From Nannocystales bacterium (GTDB taxonomy: Bacteria; Myxococcota_A; Polyangia; Nannocystales; Nannocystaceae): a DNA stretch of 64,000 nucleotides. The notes under the pieces are model-generated. The model saw only the letters and a list, made by a program, of their open reading frames with translations. It ran no database searches and had not been told where the DNA came from. Positions 31,515 to 39,210 of this stretch are shown one piece after another (position 1 is the first letter of the stretch; the number at the start of each line of letters is the position of its first letter). The stretch lies in contig JBOEGF010000005.1 in assembly GCA_050633305.1 (NCBI GenBank), positions 1-64,000 of the forward strand. Reading direction: 5' to 3'. The position numbers and the translations under genes are program-made.

Positions 31515-33136
31515 CAGCCCTGCGGCATGGACGTGGCCCGCGACGTGGGGTTCGTCCCGGGGGCGCCCGGGTCTTGTTGCGCCGCGTAGATCTCCAACGA
31601 TGCGGACTTGCCCTTGACCTGAACAGGGGCACGCTTCTCTGCGTTGACGGCTCCTTGGGCGGCTTGCATCGTGAACTCGGAGAGGATGACCTCCTCAGCC
31701 TTCGCCACGCTGCACAAGCGGGCGGCCACGTTCACCGCATCTCCGATGACGGTGTACTGCAGGGTGCGCGAGGAGCCGATCGCCCCGGCGATCACCGGAC
31801 CGGTGTTGATGCCGATGCCGATGTGAATGGGTTCCAAACCCGAACTCTCCCGGACCCGGTTGAACTCGGCAAGTGCACGCTGCATCTCGAGGCCGCAGCG
31901 AATCGCTCGGTCCGCGGCATCGGGCAGGTGAACCGGCGCGCCAAACAGGCCGATGATCTCGTCGCCCACGTACTTGTCCAAGGTCCCGCCGTGGGAGAAC
32001 AGCACGTCGACCATCACCTCGAAGTAGTCGTTGAGCGTCTTGACCATCTCCTCGGGGGGATGCCGTTCGCTCATCTCGGTGAACCCGCGGATATCGGCAA
32101 ACAGCATCGTGACCTGCCGCTTGGTTCCGCCCTGGTCGAGTTGAAGGGCGCCGCAGACGATCTGATCGACGAGGTTGGGGGAGAGCAGTCGTTGAAACTG
32201 CGCGCGCTGTCCGGCTTCGCGCTCGATCTTCTTGGCCAGGCGGTTGTTCTCGATCGCGATGGCCGCTTGCGTCGCGATCCCCTGGAAGAGCATCAGATCC
32301 TTCTCGCTGAACGCACCCGTGGTGAGGGTGGAGTCCATATGCATCACACCGACGATGCGATCGGAGTACAGCAGAGGCACCGCCATCGTGGAGCGGATGC
32401 CCTGCATGATGATGCTTTTGGACGCCTTGAAGCGCTCGTCGAGCATCGCATCGGAGGAGAGGACGCCGCGCTTGTTGGTGCGGACCTCGTCGAGCACCGA
32501 GTTGGAGAGCTGAATCTCCTCGCCTTCCCGCTTTTGTTTGACGTAGCGGGGAACGAGCGCGTCGGTGTCTTGGTCGACCAACAGGATGACCGCGCGGTCG
32601 GCCTTGATCAGTTGGAAGGTCTCGTTGACGATCTTCTGAAGCAGGTCGTCGAGGTCGGTGTCGACCGAGAGCTTCTGGCTGAGTTCGTGGGCGATGCGGA
32701 GTTTTTCGTAGTCGGAGCGGAGCGCTTCGTTGTCGGTGATCTCCGTGACCGGAAGGAAGCTGGTGCTTGCATCGACGCGGCTGCGGACCTGGCTTTGCAG
32801 CATGTCCGTCATGACCGTGAAGTTGCTCGCCGGAGCGGCGTCGTGCTCCTCGTCGTCCTCGAACCTCAGGACCGTATTGCCGAGCGAGAGTTCGTCGCCG
32901 CTGGCCAGCTTGGCTTCGTCGACACGTTGGCCGTTGACGTGGCAGCCGTTGAGCGAGCCGACATCTCGGAGGATGTATCCGCCCTGCGGTCCGCGCGTGA
33001 TCCGGCAGTGCTCCTTGGACACGATACGGTCGAGCACCTGCACCGTGTTGTCGGGGTGCCGTCCTACCGTGTTGAAGGCCGTGAGGAGGTACTCCGCAGG
33101 ACCTTCTCCCTTCACCAGAATGAGCCTGGCTCCCAT
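31514..33136 (-). CDS. FHA-GAF-class III adenylate/guanylate cyclase, 540 aa
   Basis: FHA (VGRHPDN..VSKEH..GSLNG), GAF (IRSTMAVPL..IVGVMHMDS), cyclase core MLFADIRGFT, DKYVGDE, IGINTG, YTVIGDAVNVAARL. Lys/Thr specificity residues favour ATP. Confidence 0.92.
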   Translation of the reverse strand: MGARLILVKGEGPAEYLLTAFNTVGRHPDNTVQVLDRIVSKEHCRITRGPQGGYILRDVGSLNGCHVNGQRVDEAKLASGDELSLGNTVLRFEDDEEHDAAPASNFTVMTDMLQSQVRSRVDASTSFLPVTEITDNEALRSDYEKLRIAHELSQKLSVDTDLDDLLQKIVNETFQLIKADRAVILLVDQDTDALVPRYVKQKREGEEIQLSNSVLDEVRTNKRGVLSSDAMLDERFKASKSIIMQGIRSTMAVPLLYSDRIVGVMHMDSTLTTGAFSEKDLMLFQGIATQAAIAIENNRLAKKIEREAGQRAQFQRLLSPNLVDQIVCGALQLDQGGTKRQVTMLFADIRGFTEMSERHPPEEMVKTLNDYFEVMVDVLFSHGGTLDKYVGDEIIGLFGAPVHLPDAADRAIRCGLEMQRALAEFNRVRESSGLEPIHIGIGINTGPVIAGAIGSSRTLQYTVIGDAVNVAARLCSVAKAEEVILSEFTMQAAQGAVNAEKRAPVQVKGKSASLEIYAAQQDPGAPGTNPTSRATSMPQG

Positions 33137-33191
33137 CAGCGCGCCGTCGTCCGCATCGTATCAGGACCTGAAGCCCGGCGTACCGTACCGA

Positions 33192-33593
33192 TCAGAAGTT
33201 CACCACGTGCTCGACCTCGTACACGAACTCTTGCTTCGGGAGGGCTTGAAAAGGCCATTCGATGAAGATCGAGTAGATCGCGCCGAACGCCATCTCGTCT
33301 CCATCGAGCTCGATCCAGGTCTCGAGGTCCGGGTCGTTGATGCCGACGCGTAACAAGTCGGCCTGCATGCGACGCCGCAGGGTCTCTCGCGCCTTGGAAT
33401 CCTTCACGTAATAGGGGCGCCGGCCGGAGAACGCAGAGCCCGTTTCTTCCAGAACCCGATACGCCTCCTGCTTCTGGAGGAAAAGCGGGAAGTACTGGTA
33501 GCCGAGGAAGATGCCCAGCGCAGCGATCAGCAGCAACACGATGCTGACCGAGTTGAACGCCCTGGGCTTCTTGTACTTGACCGCCTGTGCCAT
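33192..33593 (-). CDS. Hypothetical single-pass membrane protein, 133 aa
   Basis: Basic N-terminus followed by a hydrophobic helix; first gene of the apparent cyclase operon. Confidence 0.7.
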   Translation of the reverse strand: MAQAVKYKKPRAFNSVSIVLLLIAALGIFLGYQYFPLFLQKQEAYRVLEETGSAFSGRRPYYVKDSKARETLRRRMQADLLRVGINDPDLETWIELDGDEMAFGAIYSIFIEWPFQALPKQEFVYEVEHVVNF

Positions 33594-33712
33594 CGTTCAG
33601 GGTTTCCAGGGGTAGGTTAGCAGGCCGCCTTCGAAACCACTACGAAGACTCCCCCCGCACATGCTCGCACGTTGTGAGCTCCGGGTGGGCACCGCTATGA
33701 TGTGGGTCTCCG

Positions 33713-36670
33713 GTGGAGCTCTTACCTGCATACGTGGCCTTGCAGCCGTGGGCGGTTGGACGGCGCGTGCTCGTGGTCGCCCCAAGCGACCTCGAGGGCG
33801 CGAGGCTTTTGCGCAGTGGCGGGGCGGCACACGTGCAGGTCGCGTTTGGCCCGGAAGTTCGGGAGCTGGGTCTCGACAGCCGTCAAGGCTGGCCCGAGTT
33901 CGATGAGCGCTTCGATCTCGTCGTGGCCCTGGACAGCTACGCCGGCCGCCACGTCTCGGAGCGGCGGCGGTGGTTGCAACATGTTGCCTCGGTCCTGCAC
34001 CCCGACGGATGGTTTGCGGCACGCGCGACCCACGGAGAGCGGGTTGAGGTCGACTTCTGGACCCTGGAGGAGGAACTGGGCGGCCAGTTCCCACACGTGT
34101 TCATGCTCGCCCAGCTTCCATGGCAGGGCGTGAGCCTCGCGCCTGTGCTCGACGGCGAAGAGCCTCCGCCAGGGCTCGAACTCGATGAGTCTCTGGTCTC
34201 CGACGAGCCCGATGCGTCGCACTACCTGGCGCTTGCGACCCTGTCAGCACCGTCCGCGGATGCCCGGCGACGTGTGACTGGGCGCTGCTTGCTCGTCCCT
34301 TCCGCCGTTTCATCGGCCGGCCCCTCGATCTCAGAGGAGGAGCTGCAGTCCCTACGAAACGCGGTCTCCGATCTGACGTCACGCGCCGAAGAGCGGGCCT
34401 CCCGCGTGGGCGTGCTCGAGCGTGAGCTCGAACGACGCAACGCGCGCGTCGCTGCCCTCGAGCAGAAGAGCGCGGAAGACCGTGCGCGGGCCAGCGAGCA
34501 AACGGCACAGCGTCGCAGGAGCGAGGCGTTGGAGGCCGAGTTGTCCGCCGCCAAGGAGCGGGCTCGCAAAGCGCAGACCGACCTCACGATTCTCACCCGC
34601 AGCGTGCAGGATCTCGAGTCGGCGGTGGCGCGGGCCAACGAGGCCACCCAGCAGCGACAGGTCGAACTCGATGCTCGTGACGCCCAACTGGGCGGCCTCC
34701 AGACGCAGCTACGGTCGCTCGAGGCCGAACGCTCAAGCCTGGCGCACCAGATGGAGGTTGCGTTGGCGGAGCGCGAGGGGACCCACAAGTTGTCCCAGCG
34801 GGTCGAGGCCGAGTTGGACCTCACCCGTCGACGACTAACGCAGCACGAGGGGACGCTCTCCCAACGGGTTGAAGACGTTTCGCGCCTCACGACGGACCTC
34901 GAGGTCACGCGGGCCGAGCTGGAGCATCATCGAGCCCTCCTGACGCAGGCCCACACCCGTGAAGAGGCGCTCTCTGCCGAGGCCGCGCAGACCGTCGAGC
35001 AGGACCGGATGCTCGCCGAGGTCGCCGGAGATCGGGAGCGACTTCGCGAGGAACTCGGACGTCGAGGACAGCAGATTCAAGGCCTCGAGGAGCGTCTTTG
35101 GGCGAGCCGCGAAGAGCTGGAGAAAGCCAGGCTCGACAACGTGCGCACCGCCGGTGAGGCCGAGAGGCTTCGGGAGCGCGCCGAGCGAGCCCACCAGTCG
35201 GAGACCAAGCAGGCCAAGGACCTGGAGCGACTCGGCGCTGAACTGCACCAATTGGAGCTTCAGCGGGCCGAGCTGCGGGCGACCGTTCATGCCCACGAAG
35301 AGGAGATCGGACGCCTGCGGACCGAGACCGAGTCCCGCAGTGGTGATGACGCGGAGGCTGCGGTGTTGCGCGGCGAGCTTTCCGAGCGCGCCCGAGAACT
35401 CGCCGACCTGCGTGCGCGGCAGGAACAACTCGCGGCTCGGGAGATCGAGGCCACATCCGTCGCCCGGCGCCGGGAGGAGCAGCTCTCCGAGGTCGGGGAG
35501 GAGCTCGAACGGCTTCGCCGTGCCGCCGAGCAAAACGCTGCGACCGCCTCCGCGCTCGAAGGGGAGCTCGAGGTCAAGGCGTTGGAGGTCGAGCAGCTCG
35601 CAGCGTCGGTCTCGGATCTGCAGGTCGAGGTCGAGGTTCGGCGCGAGGCGGTCGAAGCGACACACGCCCGGGAGGAATCCCTTCAGCGCGACCTCGAACA
35701 CGCTCGCGCCGAGCAAGAATCGTTGCGACGTCGGTTGCGCGAGCGCAACCAGGAGATGGAGGACATCGCCAGCGCCAACGAGACCAGCGGCGTGGAGATG
35801 TACAAGCTTCGGCGGGAGCTGGAGGCCGCGGCCGCGGCAAATGAGCAACTCGAGCAAGCTCTCGAGGATTCTTGGCCGTCCGAGGCTTCTGAAGCGCCCC
35901 CTGTTGGTGCGGTGGACTGGCCACCCGAAGCCTTCGAGGCGATGCGTCGGCTCAAGGCTCAGCTCGCGGCGCAGGCGCGTCGGCACAGCGAACAACTCGC
36001 GTCCCGTTCCGTGAGACCGGTGACCGACGAGGACCCACGAGTCGAGCGCTATCGGCTGGAGGCCACGGTTCGGGCGGAGGAGCAGGAGCACATGCTGCGC
36101 GAGCTCGACTCTGCCGAGCAGAAGATCTGGGAGATGACCGACGCCGCCGATCGCAACGCGGCTCGCCTTGCGGCATCGCTGACTCAGTTGGAGCGGCACA
36201 AGGAAGAGCTCGACGAGACGCGGGACGAGCTCGAGGTCGCTCGAAAGCTGCTCTCTGCGGCGGAAGCTCGGGCGCTCGAACAGGAGCGGCTGCTCGCCTC
36301 TGAGCGCGCCCGTCTCGCACGCATTGGAGGCGGACCGGACCCCGAAACGAGCTTCGATGAAGTCGACGAGCTGTTCGCCGACCTCGCAGGGGACGGCTCT
36401 GGGTCGATGGTCGAGCTCGGGGCTGTCGACGACGGAGCGCCGGTGCGCCGTCTGCGTCCCGAGAGCGGGCCCTCTGCAGGTGTGCCCGAGCCGGTGCCCG
36501 GAACCGGCAGCAGCAAGCGCTTGGTCGACGAGGACGGCCCGCGCGCGCCGCGGATGGTTGTCGAGCCGCTCGCAGATGAGGGCGACGAGGACCCTTGGGA
36601 GACCGGGGTTGTGTCGGCTCCAGAGGGTCCCGCGGGCGGTCTACGGCCGATGTCTGCAAAAAAGAGCTGA
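33713..36670 (+). CDS. Long coiled-coil protein with degenerate class I SAM-methyltransferase-like N-terminal domain, 985 aa
   Basis: GRRVLVV..., FDERFDLVVALD, VASVLHPDGWF resemble MTase motifs; ~650 aa of heptad-rich E/R/L/A sequence; acidic Pro-rich tail; candidate TTGTGA-N18-TATGAT at 33672-33701. Confidence 0.75.
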   Translation: MELLPAYVALQPWAVGRRVLVVAPSDLEGARLLRSGGAAHVQVAFGPEVRELGLDSRQGWPEFDERFDLVVALDSYAGRHVSERRRWLQHVASVLHPDGWFAARATHGERVEVDFWTLEEELGGQFPHVFMLAQLPWQGVSLAPVLDGEEPPPGLELDESLVSDEPDASHYLALATLSAPSADARRRVTGRCLLVPSAVSSAGPSISEEELQSLRNAVSDLTSRAEERASRVGVLERELERRNARVAALEQKSAEDRARASEQTAQRRRSEALEAELSAAKERARKAQTDLTILTRSVQDLESAVARANEATQQRQVELDARDAQLGGLQTQLRSLEAERSSLAHQMEVALAEREGTHKLSQRVEAELDLTRRRLTQHEGTLSQRVEDVSRLTTDLEVTRAELEHHRALLTQAHTREEALSAEAAQTVEQDRMLAEVAGDRERLREELGRRGQQIQGLEERLWASREELEKARLDNVRTAGEAERLRERAERAHQSETKQAKDLERLGAELHQLELQRAELRATVHAHEEEIGRLRTETESRSGDDAEAAVLRGELSERARELADLRARQEQLAAREIEATSVARRREEQLSEVGEELERLRRAAEQNAATASALEGELEVKALEVEQLAASVSDLQVEVEVRREAVEATHAREESLQRDLEHARAEQESLRRRLRERNQEMEDIASANETSGVEMYKLRRELEAAAAANEQLEQALEDSWPSEASEAPPVGAVDWPPEAFEAMRRLKAQLAAQARRHSEQLASRSVRPVTDEDPRVERYRLEATVRAEEQEHMLRELDSAEQKIWEMTDAADRNAARLAASLTQLERHKEELDETRDELEVARKLLSAAEARALEQERLLASERARLARIGGGPDPETSFDEVDELFADLAGDGSGSMVELGAVDDGAPVRRLRPESGPSAGVPEPVPGTGSSKRLVDEDGPRAPRMVVEPLADEGDEDPWETGVVSAPEGPAGGLRPMSAKKS

Positions 36671-36686
36671 CCGGCTCCACAAACAC

Positions 36687-36715
36687 TTGACGCTCTGGCA
36701 CGGGTCCTCTACTTT
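36687..36715 (+). promoter_or_regulatory. Sigma70 promoter of tRNA-Leu
   Basis: TTGACG-N17-TACTTT followed by a GC-rich discriminator, 13 nt before the tRNA. Confidence 0.75.
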
Positions 36716-36728
36716 TCGCGTCCCCAGC

Positions 36729-36810
<82 letters not shown>

Positions 36811-36813
36811 CTC

Positions 36814-36844
36814 AGAAGCCCGAGTCTTTACGACTCGGGCTTCT
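36814..36844. terminator. Hairpin terminator between tRNA-Leu and the convergent gene
   Basis: Perfect 13-bp stem AGAAGCCCGAGTC-TTTAC-GACTCGGGCTTCT. Confidence 0.8.
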
Positions 36845-36905
36845 TCGTATCTGGTGAGCGTGTGGGCGCAGGCCGAGTGTGGCGCGTCCCAACTCTGCAG
36901 GCAGG

Positions 36906-38900
36906 CTACAGGCAGCTCGAACGCCACGCGCCTGTGCATGCCGTGCGCTGCGATGCGTCGTAGCTGCCGACGGCGCCGGGTCCAAGCGTGCCATCCGTGA
37001 TGCTGTCGCTGACGACGGTGAGTCCGTTGTCCTGATCGAGAATCGTGATCGTGGTCGTGTCGCCGTCGAGGTCCAAGAAGACTCGGTACTGAGTCTGGTT
37101 TTGCCAACCCGCGGCGAGAAACTCGGCCGGTGTGGCGAGCACCGTACCCGCTGCGGTGTCATAGCTCGCGGCCAAGTCCTCGCCCGTGATGTCACCCGGA
37201 GCGTCAGCCTCGATGCGCTTGATCGTGATCCCCTGTTCCCAGGGCCCCCAGGGAGCGGCCTCGGTCGTCTGTTTCCACGACAACAAGTAGAAGTGTGAGG
37301 CGTCCTGCCATCCCCAGACGAAGCCGATGCCATCGTTGTCCGCGTTGTTGACCACTTCCAGATCGAACGAGACCTGGGTCTGCTCCATCACTGCAGGGCA
37401 AACGTAGGCGTTGGCAAGCCCGTTGTTCTGCAAGTTGCAGCGGGCGGTGCCCCCGACAAAGAATGCGTCGATGGGGGAGGGCGCTGGCGAGTCGAAGATG
37501 TCGGCGTAGATGTGCGAGGTGCAGCCTTCGGCCTCGAGGTCCCAATCTTGGTCCGTGATGTGAACGGTGACTTGGTCGCTCGCAGCATTGCCCTCTCCAT
37601 CAGCGACGGCGACCGAGTAGGTCGTGGCGACGGGTGGAGTTGCGTTGACCGTTGCGACGTCGTCATCGTCGAGGGTGCTGATCGGTGACCACGCGTATGC
37701 GTAGTTTCCGTCGCCTCCGCTCGCGGTCGCAGTGAGGGCCGATGAACCGCCGTCGGTCATCTCAGCACAGACGCCCGCGTCGACGCTGAGCGCACTCCAG
37801 CAGACTGCGCCGACGTCGTCGCACCCGAACGAGCAGGAGTCGACCTCGACGCCCCATGTGCCCGTGGCGTTGCACTGCGTCACGTTGTCGTCCGGGTTGC
37901 AGAAGGAGCTGTCGGCGGGACAATCGAAGCAAGCATCGGAGACCAGCACTTCGAGGTCATCGCAATCCGAGCCCGCAGTGATCGCGGCATTGGCAGGCGC
38001 GGAGTCGCCGTACTCGTCGCCGTCGACGTCGAGCATGCACGCCATCTCGTCGTCCAAGGGTGCTGCGCCCGGGAACGCATCGGCTGAGCTGTCATCGCAG
38101 TCGGCAGCGTTGCCCACGTAGCCCTTGGGCGGATCCACATCGAGGACGCAGATGGCGGGGTCGCCGTACTGGTCGTCGTCTTCGTCCGCGCACCAGCTGA
38201 GGCATTCGGTCGCCGAAGGGATGGCGTCGTCGTTGTCGTTACAGTCGCTCCCCGCCGTTCCGCCGCGTGGTGGCATGGAGTCGCCGTAGCCATCGTCGTC
38301 GGCGTCGCGCATGCACGCGACCGTATCGTCGAGATCCGCGGCACCGGGGAATGTGTTGACGTCGTCGTCGAGGCAGTCGGTTCCCGCGGTCACCCCCTCG
38401 GGCGGGGCCGCGTCTGCCCATCCATCTTCATCCGCGTCCTTTGTGCAGCTGTCCGTGGCCTCTTCGGTCGCCGCGCCGGGGAATGTTCGGTCCGAGGCGT
38501 CGTCGCAGTCGGTATCGTCGAGGACTGTGCCGGCGGGCGGTCGCTCGCCGCCGGGAACAACCTGACAGTCGTCGACGTCGCCGAATCCGTCGTTGTCACC
38601 GTCGACGCACCAGGTTTGGCTGGAGATCGGTCCGGTGGAGGTCTCCTGCCCGCCGGTGCTCGATTCGGCGTTGCCGCCCGACGAGCTCCCGTCTGCGAAG
38701 GACGGGTCGTTCGTACCCGTGGACGTTTGCCCACCACTGGTCTGACCCTGTGCGATCGGGTCTGGGCCGACCGGACAGTTCGAACCCCCGAAGCCGTCGT
38801 CTTCGCACAACCCGCCGCATCCGTTGGCCGCAAGAGCGCAGACGCTCAGGCCAACGCCCCAACGCAATACAGACGTAACCACAGAACTCGACCGTATCAC
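36906..38900 (-). CDS. Lipoprotein with Asp/Cys-rich putative Ca-binding repeats, PKD/Ig-like domain and thrombospondin C-terminal-like domain (start uncertain)
   Basis: Lipobox ANGC; repeats D.D.DG.GD...DC.D.....FPGA; C-terminal [36 protein letters not shown] and [10 protein letters not shown]. Confidence 0.75.
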   Translation of the reverse strand: [664 protein letters not shown]

Positions 38901-38952
38901 GCAGGTCACGACGCCCCGAACTTGCGGCCGAGGTCGGCCCGTATGCGGTCGG

Positions 38953-39162
38953 CTACGCAGGGTCGATCTTGTCGACCTTGATCGCCGGGCCGGACATCTG
39001 CAGGCCGAACCCACCTGACTCGATTGTGCCGTGCACCACGACCTTTGCGCCTGCCTCGAGACCGGTCGCGCCCTGCAGTCGGTAGGTCTTCCCGCCGGTG
39101 TGGAGTTCGAAGAAGCCGCCTTCGAGGTCGTTGTGTCGAACAGTGCCGCTGAAGCTGGCCAT
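38953..39162 (-). CDS. Small hypothetical OB-fold-like protein, 69 aa
   Basis: GTV...DLEGG.F.L...G..Y.L...GAKV.V.G pattern; plausible codon usage. Confidence 0.6.
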   Translation of the reverse strand: MASFSGTVRHNDLEGGFFELHTGGKTYRLQGATGLEAGAKVVVHGTIESGGFGLQMSGPAIKVDKIDPA

Positions 39163-39210
39163 GCCCAAAACGTGCACCGTCGGGTGGGTGTGGTCTACCG
39201 TCCGCCTGGC

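Noticed and set aside
33713..36670. Calling the coiled-coil protein AglZ, FrzS or SMC
   Set aside because: No receiver domain, Walker A motif or hinge; the head looks MTase-like.
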